Shown piece by piece: positions 48,815-59,300 of a stretch of DNA of 64,000 nucleotides. Made by a program: the position numbers and the translations under genes. The number at the start of each line of letters is the position of its first letter. The first letter of the stretch is position 1. The notes below the pieces were generated by a model, which was not told where the DNA came from, did no database searches, and saw nothing but the letters and a program-made list of their open reading frames with translations. This stretch comes from Gemmatimonadota bacterium. Lineage in GTDB: Bacteria > Gemmatimonadota > Gemmatimonadetes > Gemmatimonadales > GWC2-71-9. Location of the stretch: NCBI GenBank assembly GCA_025358055.1, contig JANYKV010000087.1, positions 12,797 through 76,796 of the forward strand. Direction: 5' to 3'.

Positions 48815-49833
48815 TCGAGCTTTCTCCCCGTGAGTGAAATGAAGAGCGTTTCGAGACTGGGTGGAGCTAGGTGGATGTTGGTCACGGTTCGCCCCGCCTG
48901 GTCGACGATTTTGATCAGCTGCGCGATGACTTCTTCGCCTCGGCGGGCAAAGACCCGCAGCAGCTCTCGGCTGGTTTCGACCCGCAGCACGCCGGGAAGG
49001 TGACCCGCCGGTCCGGCACAGCCACCTGCATCACCATCGAGCGTGAGTTCCAGGAGAGTTCCACCGGGGGCTCTGGCTTTCAAATTGGCCGGCGTGTCGA
49101 TGGCGAGGAGCCGGCCGTGATCCACGATCGCCAACCGGTCGCACAGACGATCGGCCTCCTCCATATAGTGGGTCGTCATGACGATGGTCCGGCCTTCGGC
49201 ATGTAGCTTCCGAAGAATCTCCCAGAGTGCCAAGCGGGCCTGGGGGTCGAGCCCCACGGTCGGCTCATCCAGGAACAGGACGCTGGGTTGATGAATCAGC
49301 GCCCGCGCGATCATGAGTCGCTGCTGTTGGCCGCCGGACAACTCCGGCACGCGTGCCGTTTCGCGGGTGGCGATCCCCAGCATCGCGAGGAGTTCCCGGG
49401 CCCGGGTGAGCGCCACGGATTTTGAGATCCCGAAGTACGCGGCGTGGAACAGCAGGTTCTCGATCGCGGTCAGACTCCGGTCCGGATTGGGGCGTTGCGG
49501 CACCACCCCGATCCGTTGTTTGACCCGCACCGACTCGCGAACCACATCGGCCCCATCGATGAGGGCGGTCCCCGAGGTCGGGCGGGTTCGGGTGGTGAGG
49601 ATATCGAGGGTAGTGGTCTTCCCCGCCCCGTTGGGTCCGAGCAGGCCGAAGAATTCACCGGCGGCAACTTCGAGGTCGAGACCTTCCAGCGCCACCACAT
49701 CGGTGGGGGAACGGGGCGTCATGCCGGGCGCACCCGGCAGGGCCAATCCTCCGCCAAACAAGGACCGGCCTGGTTTCGATCCAGGGTAGATTTTTCGGAG
49801 CGCGCGCGTCGCGATGATTGGAGCCAAAATCAT
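48811..49833 (-). CDS. ABC-2 exporter ATP-binding protein
   Basis: GPNGAGKT, LSGGQ, FLDEPT, THYMEEA, PSLE tail. Confidence 0.92.
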   Translation of the reverse strand: MILAPIIATRALRKIYPGSKPGRSLFGGGLALPGAPGMTPRSPTDVVALEGLDLEVAAGEFFGLLGPNGAGKTTTLDILTTRTRPTSGTALIDGADVVRESVRVKQRIGVVPQRPNPDRSLTAIENLLFHAAYFGISKSVALTRARELLAMLGIATRETARVPELSGGQQQRLMIARALIHQPSVLFLDEPTVGLDPQARLALWEILRKLHAEGRTIVMTTHYMEEADRLCDRLAIVDHGRLLAIDTPANLKARAPGGTLLELTLDGDAGGCAGPAGHLPGVLRVETSRELLRVFARRGEEVIAQLIKIVDQAGRTVTNIHLAPPSLETLFISLTGRKLE

Positions 49834-49875
49834 GAACCTGACGATAATCTAGCGGCAGACCGGCCGCCATCCGTG

Positions 49876-51450
49876 TTACGGTTGTCGCCACCGGCATCCG
49901 AGGGCGTGGATCCATTCATCGGCGACGCTGGGCCCCCAGGTTCCGGCGGCATAGTTCGGGAAGTGATCCGGGGCCTTGTGACCCCAGAACTCGATCATCG
50001 GGTCGACCACGGACCATGCGGCTTCGACCTCGTCGCTTCGAGTGAAGAGCGTCGCATCACCGAGCATGCAGTCGAGGATGAGGGTCTCGTAGGCTTCGTG
50101 TCCGTTGTCGCCGAACGCCTCGACGTAGTTGAAGTCCATTTCCACCGAGGCCATCCGGACGTCGACCCCCGGCGTCTTCACCTCGAATCGAAGGGAGATG
50201 CCCTCGTTGGGTTGGACCCGAATCGCGAGCACGTTCGGTTCGAACGCCTCCCCATCCCGGAGCGGAAACATCAGATGGGGCGGCTGGCGGAACTGAATCG
50301 CAATCTCGGTGGCGCGGCGGGGCATCCGTTTCGCGGAACGGAGATAGAAGGGCACTCCCTGCCACCGCCAATTGTCGATCATGAAGCGCACGGCGGCATA
50401 CGTAGCCGTGCCGGAGTCCGGCGAGACATCGGGCTCGGTTCGATAGCCCCGCACCGCGGACCCGTCGATCGTGCCGGGCCCATACTGGCCTCGCACCGAG
50501 TACTCGTGCATCGTTGCCGGGGTGATCGGGCGGATGGCATGCAGCACCTTCGCTTTCTCATCTCGAACCGCATCGGCGCTGAAAGTAACCGGAGGCTCCA
50601 TCGCGGTGAGCGTGAGGAGTTGCAAGAGGTGATTTTGGAACATGTCGCGGACGACTCCGGCTTCCTCGTAGTATCGTCCGCGCCGCTCCACGCCGACCGT
50701 CTCCACGGCGGTTATCTGCACGTGGTGTATGTGTTGCCGGTTCCACAGCGGCTCGAAAATGGAGTTGGCAAACCGGCACACCAACAGGTTCTGAACCGTT
50801 TCTTTCCCTAGATAGTGATCGATGCGGTAGATCTGATGCTCGGAGAACGCTCGACGCACCACCCCATTCAGCGCTTGGGCGCTTTCGAGGCTCGATCCGA
50901 ACGGTTTTTCAATGATGACACGAACCCACGGTCGGTCGGACTGCGCATAGAGGCGACGCGCTACGCCGCTTTGCGCAAGATGGTCAATCGCCGTGGCGTA
51001 GACGCTGGGCGGAATGGCCAAATAGAAGAGCCGGCCTCCGTCCGCGGGACGGCCGGTTTCGAGCACGGTGAGGCGTTCTTGGACCGCCGCGTAGGTCGCC
51101 GCTTCGGCGAAATCTCCCGCGACGTAGTGCAGGCGCGGCACGAATTTGTCGAGCGCCTCTTTGGTCGCTTCCTCGGGCGGAAGAAATTGTTCGAGGGCGG
51201 TGCGGATCGCCGCGCGGAAGAGATCGTCGTCCATGGCCTCGCGCGCGACACCGAGCACGGTGAAATCGTCCGCCAACATGCCTGCGCCTGCGAGCCGGAA
51301 CAAGGCGGGCATCAGCTTCCGGCGCGTCAGATCGCCACCGGCCCCGAAAATGATCATCGTGCAGGAACCAGCCCGCTTCAAGGAAACGCTCGGCGACTGA
51401 TGCGGCAACTGCACCCGGAGCGGCGCCGATAGCGGTGGGGGATGGGTCAC
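49876..51450 (-). CDS. zwf: Glucose-6-phosphate 1-dehydrogenase
   Basis: GAGGDL, EKPFG, RIDHYLGKE, NWRWQGVPF. Confidence 0.96.
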   Translation of the reverse strand: MTHPPPLSAPLRVQLPHQSPSVSLKRAGSCTMIIFGAGGDLTRRKLMPALFRLAGAGMLADDFTVLGVAREAMDDDLFRAAIRTALEQFLPPEEATKEALDKFVPRLHYVAGDFAEAATYAAVQERLTVLETGRPADGGRLFYLAIPPSVYATAIDHLAQSGVARRLYAQSDRPWVRVIIEKPFGSSLESAQALNGVVRRAFSEHQIYRIDHYLGKETVQNLLVCRFANSIFEPLWNRQHIHHVQITAVETVGVERRGRYYEEAGVVRDMFQNHLLQLLTLTAMEPPVTFSADAVRDEKAKVLHAIRPITPATMHEYSVRGQYGPGTIDGSAVRGYRTEPDVSPDSGTATYAAVRFMIDNWRWQGVPFYLRSAKRMPRRATEIAIQFRQPPHLMFPLRDGEAFEPNVLAIRVQPNEGISLRFEVKTPGVDVRMASVEMDFNYVEAFGDNGHEAYETLILDCMLGDATLFTRSDEVEAAWSVVDPMIEFWGHKAPDHFPNYAAGTWGPSVADEWIHALGCRWRQP

Positions 51451-52346
51451 GTTTTTTTCACCGCGTGGCCACCGAATTCATTTCGGAGCGCCGCGATGAC
51501 CTTGGCCGAATACGACTCCGCCTGCCGGGACCGGAAACGCGTCAGGAGCGACAGGGTGATCACGGGCGCCGGAACGTCGACGTCGATCGCCTCTTGCACG
51601 GTCCAGCGGCCTTCTCCGGAATCCTCCACGTATCCTTTGAGATCCGCGAGAGTGGGGTCTTTGGCGAAGGCCCGCTCCGCCAGTTCATTGATCCAGGAAC
51701 GCACCACGCTCCCCTGATTCCAGACCGCGGCAATCTGGTGGAGATCGAGCTTGAAGGTCTTGGATGCATTCAAGATCTCATAGCCCTCCGCGTACGCTTG
51801 CAGCATTCCGTATTCGATCCCGTTGTGAATCATTTTCACGTAGTGACCGGCGCCAGGCGGCCCGACGTGGGCGCATCCGTTCGGTGGCGCCAGGGTGGTA
51901 AAGATGGGTTTGCAGAGTTCGAACGCGGCCGGAGTCGCGCCGATCATCAGGCAGTATCCGTTCTTGAGTCCCCAAATGCCGCCGCTGGTGCCTGAGTCCA
52001 CAAAGGCAACGCCCTGGGCCGCCAAACGCTCGGCCCGGCGGATCGTGTCGTGAAAATTGGAATTCCCGCCGTCGATGATCACGTCACCGCGGCTGAGATG
52101 CGGCAGCAGGCTGTCGATGGTGTCCTCGACCGGTTTTCCGGACGGCACCATGATCCATACGATGCGCGGCGCGGCGAGTTGCCGGCAGGCGTGCGCGAGG
52201 TCCGTCGCCGCTTTGGCGCCGAGGGCCACATGCGCCTTCACCGCCTCCGGGCTGCGATCGTAGGCGACCACCGAATGGCCTCCTTCCAGAAGTCGCTGGA
52301 CCATGTTGCCACCCATGCGTCCCAATCCGATCATCGCCAGCTGCAT
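51447..52346 (-). CDS. gnd: 6-phosphogluconate dehydrogenase, decarboxylating (short form)
   Basis: GLGRMG, IDGGN, SGG, KMIHNGIEY, DSGEGRW, RNEFGGH. Confidence 0.95.
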   Translation of the reverse strand: MQLAMIGLGRMGGNMVQRLLEGGHSVVAYDRSPEAVKAHVALGAKAATDLAHACRQLAAPRIVWIMVPSGKPVEDTIDSLLPHLSRGDVIIDGGNSNFHDTIRRAERLAAQGVAFVDSGTSGGIWGLKNGYCLMIGATPAAFELCKPIFTTLAPPNGCAHVGPPGAGHYVKMIHNGIEYGMLQAYAEGYEILNASKTFKLDLHQIAAVWNQGSVVRSWINELAERAFAKDPTLADLKGYVEDSGEGRWTVQEAIDVDVPAPVITLSLLTRFRSRQAESYSAKVIAALRNEFGGHAVKKT

Positions 52347-52411
52347 ACGATCCATCCTCCTCCGACAAGTGAGCATTCTGTGAATTCAGAGTCCTTGCAC
52401 CACGGTGTGGT

Positions 52412-53392
52412 TCAGGCGAGACGATGCGCGACCGCGGCCGCACCCATCAGGCCCACCTTCGCGTTGGTGATGATATGCACCGGCACCCGGCTGAGAAAGT
52501 CCACGAATCGTCCCTTGTCCCGAAAGGCGGAGATGAAGCCGCCCTGGGAAAGTTTGGACACGATCCGCGGAGCGATACCTCCCGCCAGATAGATCCCGCC
52601 GGTGGACACGACCATCAACGCGAGGTCGCCCGCCTGGGCTCCGTACATCGACGCGAAGAGGTCGAGGGCCCGGCCGGAGAGCCCGTCGGTGCCCGCCAGC
52701 CCGAAGCGCGAAATGACCGCCGCCGGATCCTCCGTTTTCATCGCATCGTGGACCGCGGGCTGTTCCGTCGAAGGCTCGAGGGACACGAGGTACCGGTAGA
52801 TCTGGACCAGGCCGGACCCGGACAGGACTCGTTCCGACGAGACGTGGCCGAATTGTGCGTGGAGGAATTTCGAGAGCCCCCACTCGAGGTCGTCTCGGGC
52901 AGCGAACGTCTGATGCCCGCCTTCGGAGGAATTCACCTGATAGTGTTGTCCCTGCCAGGTGAGAAACCCTTCGCCCAGCCCGGTACCCGCGCCGATCAAC
53001 CCGATCGGTCCGGTGGAGACTCGATCACCTTCCTGGAGCGTCACGACGTCCCCAACCTGAAGCCGCTCGATACCATGACCCACCGCGGCAAAATCGTTGA
53101 TCAGGGTGGTCCCAGGCACCTGGATTGCGGCGCCAAGTGCCGCCGCATTAATCGTCCACGGAAGGTTCGAGGCGCGGCACTCATCGTTGACGATCGGTCC
53201 GGCGATTCCGAAACACGCATGGAGCGGGTGTTCCTCGACCCCTTGGAGAAAGTGTTGCACGATGGGCGCAAGCCCGGGGTAGTCGCGACTCGGATACCGT
53301 TCCTCCCGCAGAAAGCTCAGGCTCGCCCCATCGATGCTGACTACTGCGAGTCGAGCATTGGTTCCGCCGACGTCACCGGCCAAGACAATCAT
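52412..53392 (-). CDS. glk: Glucokinase
   Basis: DVGGTNAR, GIAGP, INDF, GAGTGLG, EGGH, ERVLSG. Confidence 0.95.
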   Translation of the reverse strand: MIVLAGDVGGTNARLAVVSIDGASLSFLREERYPSRDYPGLAPIVQHFLQGVEEHPLHACFGIAGPIVNDECRASNLPWTINAAALGAAIQVPGTTLINDFAAVGHGIERLQVGDVVTLQEGDRVSTGPIGLIGAGTGLGEGFLTWQGQHYQVNSSEGGHQTFAARDDLEWGLSKFLHAQFGHVSSERVLSGSGLVQIYRYLVSLEPSTEQPAVHDAMKTEDPAAVISRFGLAGTDGLSGRALDLFASMYGAQAGDLALMVVSTGGIYLAGGIAPRIVSKLSQGGFISAFRDKGRFVDFLSRVPVHIITNAKVGLMGAAAVAHRLA

Positions 53393-54207
53393 CGTGAGAC
53401 CCTTTCGAGCTTGCCGGCGGCCGCCGGGTCGAGAAACCAGGTGCCTCCCACCCGGGCGGCGAGTGTGGCCGGAATCTCCAGCGGCGAATGCTGCCCGTCC
53501 AATGCCGCCTGGACCGCCGACGCTTTCTCCGCACCCGTCACCGTCAGAAGCACGGCAGCGGCATGGTCGATGACCGGCGGCGTGATGGTGATTCGGTCAA
53601 AGGGAGGCTTGGGCCCGGTGACCAGGACGACGCGTCGCGTCGCTTCAAGCAACGCCGATGAGCCCGGGAAAAGGGACGCCGTGTGGCCGTCGGCGCCCAT
53701 GCCGAGGTGCAACAAGTCGAGCGCCGCCGGAAGAAGGCAGGCATAGGATCGAACCATCTCGTCGCGATCGGAGGATTCGGTCGGGACCCGATGAACCCGG
53801 GCGGGCGCAATGGCGAGGGGAGCGAACAGCGTCTCGTGGGCCAAGCGAAAGTTGCTGTCCGGGTCATTCATTGGCACCAGACGCTCATCGCCGAAGTAGA
53901 AGGAAACCAGAGCCCACTGACTGGCGCTGACGGTCGTGACCTTCGCGAGTGCGCTGTAAATCGCCCGCGGGGTGGTGCCGCCAGCCAGACCAACGGAGCA
54001 CGACCCCTTAGCAACGATCGTCCGCTCGATGACCCGCGCCATCCAATCGGCCACCGCGGGAGCGAACCCAACCAGGTCAATGATTTTGAGCTCGGCCGTA
54101 GGGAGCCCCTTCGCTGTGGTCCGTCCCGAGAGCGCACGCGGATCGTGGATGGCTACCGGGTTTTCACGAATCCGGGCGGCACCAACATAAGGCAAGAGGA
54201 CCACCAC
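53389..54207 (-). CDS. pgl: 6-phosphogluconolactonase (true start probably downstream of 54207)
   Basis: GGTTP, GDER.V, SNF, GMGADGHTASLFP, RITIT. Confidence 0.92.
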   Translation of the reverse strand: MVVLLPYVGAARIRENPVAIHDPRALSGRTTAKGLPTAELKIIDLVGFAPAVADWMARVIERTIVAKGSCSVGLAGGTTPRAIYSALAKVTTVSASQWALVSFYFGDERLVPMNDPDSNFRLAHETLFAPLAIAPARVHRVPTESSDRDEMVRSYACLLPAALDLLHLGMGADGHTASLFPGSSALLEATRRVVLVTGPKPPFDRITITPPVIDHAAAVLLTVTGAEKASAVQAALDGQHSPLEIPATLAARVGGTWFLDPAAAGKLERVSR

Positions 54208-54406
54208 GACTCACCCGACGCAGAAGAATAGGCTGGTCAGTGAAGCAACGGAAATGCTTTTCCGTCAATGAGTTTCAAATCACCCTTCGGCGAACGTTTC
54301 GATTTGTCCCCGGGAGGGCCGCCCTCCCCAGCGACGACGGCAAGCCGCCCTAGCGCACCCGCCCGCCGGACCGGTACTTTCGGGGAGACATCAACGGAGA
54401 GATCGA

Positions 54407-55018
54407 GTGACCGGAGGCAATTCAACACGCGCAGAGAGCTCACCGCTTCTCGGGATTCTACTTTGGCTCGCCCTCGCCATTATCGCCGGCACTCGGCATT
54501 TCCCTCCAGAAAGCCCTCCCCTGTTCCTACCCGGAACGGTCTGGGGCTTGGTAGCGATCTTCTTCCTCGCGTACCGTTTTGCGCGACCGTTCCATGATTG
54601 GCTTCTCACGGTGGACCTCAGAGTGCTCCTGGCGTTTCACCTGACCCGGTACGTGGGGATCTACTTCCTAGTGCTCTACCGAGCCCAGCAGCTGCCTTAC
54701 GAATTCGCGGTGTTGGGTGGGTGGGGTGACATCATTGCCGCAGACGGCGTGGCTCTCCTGATCCTCTTTGCGCCTCGCCGGGGCCGCGCGAGCTGGCTCG
54801 CCCACGTCATTTGGAATGCCTTCGGCCTAGCCGACATTTTGTTCGTCGCGCTCACCGCCGCGCGCCTCAATCTCGAGCACCCGGGCTCGATGCAGGAGAT
54901 TTTCCACTTGCCACTCTCCTTGCTGCCGACGTTCGTCGTTCCCATCATCATAGCGACCCACTTGATCATTCTGGTCCGGCTCCTCGCCGCCCGGCTCCGG
55001 AACTACGAACGGTTCTAG
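54407..55018 (+). CDS. Conserved membrane protein
   Basis: FHLTRYVG, GWGDI, WNAFGLADI, LLPTFVVP..H; multiple TM segments. Confidence 0.75.
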   Translation: MTGGNSTRAESSPLLGILLWLALAIIAGTRHFPPESPPLFLPGTVWGLVAIFFLAYRFARPFHDWLLTVDLRVLLAFHLTRYVGIYFLVLYRAQQLPYEFAVLGGWGDIIAADGVALLILFAPRRGRASWLAHVIWNAFGLADILFVALTAARLNLEHPGSMQEIFHLPLSLLPTFVVPIIIATHLIILVRLLAARLRNYERF

Positions 55019-55019
55019 A

Positions 55020-55550
55020 ATGACCACGACCCAAGCTTGGAAGATCCGCCCGGCCGGCGCGGCCGACGCATCCACCCTGGCGGCATTGGGCGCCGATATG
55101 TTCCGGCTCACGTATGGACACGCGACACCCGCCGAAGAAATCGACGCGCATATCGCCACCCACTATGGGACGGCCATCCAAGAACGAGAGATCCGCCGCC
55201 CAGGGACGACGGTGCTGATCGTCGAGGCGGAGAAACCGATCGGCTATGCTATCGTGGTTAGTGGGACCGCTCCGCCAAACTTCGCGGGGCCGCCTGGATT
55301 GGAAATTGCCCGCTTCTATATCGATAGGCCCTGGCAGGGAACCGGCGTCGCAAAGACACTCATGGAGGAATGCCTCCAGCTGGCGGCGAAGCGGTCTCAC
55401 TCGATTGTATGGCTCCTCGTGTGGGAGCACAATCCGCGAGCCCTGGCGTTTTATGAGAAATTCGGCTTTGTCGTCGCCGGAGAAACGCCGTTCCCGGTGG
55501 GCCAGGAGATCCAACGCGATTGGATCATGATTCGCCGGTTGGATCACTAA
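55020..55550 (+). CDS. GNAT acetyltransferase (PaiA-like)
   Basis: WQGTGVA acetyl-CoA motif, WLLVWEHNPRALAFYEKFGF. Confidence 0.9.
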   Translation: MTTTQAWKIRPAGAADASTLAALGADMFRLTYGHATPAEEIDAHIATHYGTAIQEREIRRPGTTVLIVEAEKPIGYAIVVSGTAPPNFAGPPGLEIARFYIDRPWQGTGVAKTLMEECLQLAAKRSHSIVWLLVWEHNPRALAFYEKFGFVVAGETPFPVGQEIQRDWIMIRRLDH

Positions 55551-55555
55551 AATCT

Positions 55556-56263
55556 ATGCCGACCTCACCCAACGCCCTGCCAGCCCGGCCTTCTCTCGCA
55601 ACCATTGGCGAAATCCTCGAACGCCAGTACGGGAAACAGCCGCCGCTCGCGCTTCGGGATCCGCTCTCCCTAATTCTCTTCGAAAACCTCGGCTACCTGG
55701 TGGATGATGAGAAACGGACCCAGGCCTTTCAGGCGCTGGAGAAGAAGGTGGGACTCACCCCCAAGCGAATCTTGGCCGCATCACTCGGCACGCTCCAAGA
55801 CATCTGCCATATCGGGGGAATTCATCCGGAGATCCGGGCGAAACGATTGCATGAAATCGCAACTCTGGCCCTCGAAGAGTTCGGAGGAGACCTTACGCCC
55901 ATTCTGAAATGGCCTCTCCCAAAGGCGCGCCGAGCTCTGTCGAAGTTCCCGGCCATCGGAACGCCGGGGGCGGAGAAGATTCTCATGATCTGCGGGGCCC
56001 AGTCGGTTCTCGCGTTGGAGTCGAACGGGCTCCGAGTCCTTACCCGAGTTGGAGTCGCCGAGGAGCTCAGGAGTTATTCCGCCACGTATAGTGCGGTTCA
56101 AACCGCCATTCGCGACGAGGTGCCGGCGGAAACCGGAACCTTGGTCGCGCTCCACCAGTTGTTGCGCGTACACGGCCAAACTCTCTGCAAACGCAACTCT
56201 CCAAGGTGCGTCGAGTGCCCGCTTGGCAAAGTTTGCCGGTTCAAGCGCGGCCGCTCGCTGTGA
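55556..56263 (+). CDS. HhH-GPD/endonuclease III-like protein with 4Fe-4S motif
   Basis: LSKFPAIG HhH motif; C-X6-C-X2-C-X5-C (CKRNSPRCVECPLGKVC). Confidence 0.8.
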   Translation: MPTSPNALPARPSLATIGEILERQYGKQPPLALRDPLSLILFENLGYLVDDEKRTQAFQALEKKVGLTPKRILAASLGTLQDICHIGGIHPEIRAKRLHEIATLALEEFGGDLTPILKWPLPKARRALSKFPAIGTPGAEKILMICGAQSVLALESNGLRVLTRVGVAEELRSYSATYSAVQTAIRDEVPAETGTLVALHQLLRVHGQTLCKRNSPRCVECPLGKVCRFKRGRSL

Positions 56264-56386
56264 AGCGACGCTCGGAATGACACCGGGGGGCGCGCACAAC
56301 GGTTCGCCCCGATCCAATCTCGGGGTTACGTTCTCTCGTCATGATCATCCCGTCGTAACCGAAATATCCTAGTCCCGTTTCGGAGG

Positions 56387-59300
56387 TTGGCTGTGATTAC
56401 CCGACCGGCTCGTCCGTGGCCCCTCTTCGCATTGTCCCTCGCCACTCTGGTGTCACTCGCCCTCCCGACCCCTATCCCGGCTCAACAGTCTGACACTGGG
56501 CTCTTTCAGGAAATGCGTTGGCGAATGATCGGCCCCTTTCGGGGCGGGCGCACCGTGGGGGCCGCCGGAGTACCCACCCAGCCGAACGTGTTCTATATCG
56601 GTGTGAACAACGGCGGCGTGTGGAAGACCACGGACTTCGGACGGACGTGGGCACCCATCTTCGACGATCAGCCCACCGGCTCAATTGGCGACGTGGCGGT
56701 AGCCCCCTCGGATCCGAACGTGGTCTATGTCGGGACCGGGGAAGGCATTCAACGGCCTGATCTCGCGACCGGTATGGGGATGTTTCGTTCGTCGGATGCG
56801 GGTAAGACCTGGAAATACTTGGGCCTGAGCGACGCCCAGCAGATCGGCTCCGTCGCGGTCGATCCCATCAACCCCAATCGAGTGTTTGTGGCAGTGCTGG
56901 GGCACCCCTATGGGCCGAACGCGGAACGCGGGGTGTTTCGCAGTCTGAATGGTGGGGAGACGTGGGAGAAGGTCTTGTACCACGATGAAAACACCGGAGC
57001 GATTCAGGTCGTCATCGACCCCTCGAACCCGCAAGTGATCTACGCCGACCTCTGGGCCGGACGCTATGCCCCCTGGGAGGCCGGCCCCTTCAATGGGCCG
57101 GGCAGTGGTCTCTACAAATCGACCGATGGCGGAACGACCTGGCACCCACTGACCAAGGGCTTGCCCACCATCGCGGAAGGGCTCGGCCGCATCGGAGTAT
57201 CGATCGCGCGCTCGGAGCCCAATCGGCTGTATGCCAACGTCGACGCGGAGACGGCCCATGGCGGGACGTACCGCTCTGATGATGGGGGAGAGAGTTGGTC
57301 TCGAGTGAACTCGGAAGGGCGCGTCTGGGGACGGGGAATGGACTTCGCCGAGGTGGAGGTCGATCCAAAGAATGCCGATATCATCTACGTGGCGAATACA
57401 TCGACCTACAAATCCATCGATGGCGGCAAGACCTTTCACGCCATCAAGGGTGCGCCCGGCGGCGACGACTATCATCGGATTTGGATCAACCCGAACAATC
57501 CTGAGATCATTCTCATCGCGAGCGACCAGGGTGCCACGATCAGCGTGAACGCCGGGCAAACCTGGAGTTCCTGGTATAATCAGCCCACGGCGCAGTTCTA
57601 CCATGTCGTCACCGACAACCAGTTCCCCTATTGGGTGTGCGGCGGGCAGCAGGAAAGCGGATCGGCGTGCGTGCGAAGCCGGGGCGACCACGGCGCTATT
57701 TCATTCCGGGATTGGTATCCCGTCGGCGTTGAGGAGTACGGTTACGTGGCACCCGATCCGCTCCACCCCAACTTGATCTATGGTGGCAAGGCGACCGTCT
57801 TCGACCGGAACACCTTTCAGACGCAGAATGTCGGCCCCGAAGCGGTGCGAAGCGGCAAGTACCGCTTCGTTCGCACCATGCCGATCATTTTCTCGCCGGT
57901 GGACCAGCGGACCCTGTACCTCGCCTCCAACGTGCTCTTCAAGACGACGAACGGTGGGCACAGTTGGGAGGTCATCAGCCCGGACCTTACGCGGGAGAGC
58001 CCCGAGGTCCCGAAGAATTTGGGAGCGTTCACTGGGCTCGATCCCGAGAAAGGCAAGCATCGCGGGGTGATTTACAGCATTGCCCCATCGTTCCAGACCG
58101 TACGGACGATTTGGGCGGGGACCGAGGATGGATTGATTCACCTCACCCGCGATGGGGGAAAATCCTGGAAGAACGTCACGCCAAGCCAACTGGTTCCGTG
58201 GGCGAAGGTGGCGCAGCTCGAAGCCTCACATTTCGACACGCTGAGCGCGTACGCGGCGATCAATACCTTCCGGCTCGATGACCTCAACCCACACGTCTAC
58301 CGAACGCACGATGGAGGGAAGACGTGGCAGGAAATTGCCACCGGCCTTCCCAAGGGAGCGATCATCAACACCGTGCGTGAGGACCCCGTGCGCAAAGGAT
58401 TGCTGTTCGCCGGCAGCGAGAACGCGGTGTACGTCTCGTTCAACGACGGCGACCGGTGGTACCCGCTGCGGGTCAACATGCCGGCCACCTCCATTCGCGA
58501 TCTGGTCATCCATGAGAATGACGTCGTCGTCGGCACGCACGGCCGAGGGTTCTGGATCCTGGATGACATCACCCCGCTCCGGCAGCTGACGCCGGAGGCT
58601 GTAGGCCGTGAACCGCGATTGTTCAAGCCGGCCACCGGAATCCAAGTACGCCGGAACAACAACCCAGACACTCCACTCCCGCCGGAAGAGCCGGTGGGGC
58701 AGAATCCACCGGATGGCGTACTGATCCACTATTTCCTTCCGACCGACGCCATGGGCACCGTTACCCTCGAAATTCTCGACGGCAACGGACGCGTGGTCCG
58801 TCGTTTTGCGAGTGACGATCAGGCCGACCCGATCGATGAGAAATCACTCGCCATCCCACTGTATTGGATCCGGCCCGCCCGCGTCCTGCCGGGGTCGGCT
58901 GGGCTTCACCGATTCGTGTGGGACCTGCACGGACCGGCGCCGAAGGTCGGCAACTTCGACTACCCGATCGCGGCCAACTACGGCGACACTCCGAGGCATC
59001 CGTTGGGCGTGGCGATGCCGGCCGGTCAATACACCGTACGGATGACCTTGAACGGGAAGAGCCAGACCGAACCACTCATCATCAAAATGGATCCACGGGT
59101 CAAGACCCCAGCCGCCGGTCTCGCCCGAAAGTTCAGTATCGAATCGGGTGTGGTGGAAATGCTGGAACGGCAACACGCCGCGCTCGATGAAGTCCGCGCG
59201 GCCCGAAAGCGCGCTCAACAGGCCCGCGAAGCCACCGGTTCCGACACCCAGAGCCAGTTGGAGAAAGAGCTTGCGGACTTTGAAGGAACGTCGCGGAGAT

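Noticed and set aside
43732-53746. Long plus-strand ORFs such as 43732-45174, 49444-50811 and 52424-53746
   Set aside because: Antisense shadows of well-supported genes, typical of high-GC codon bias, with no recognisable motifs.
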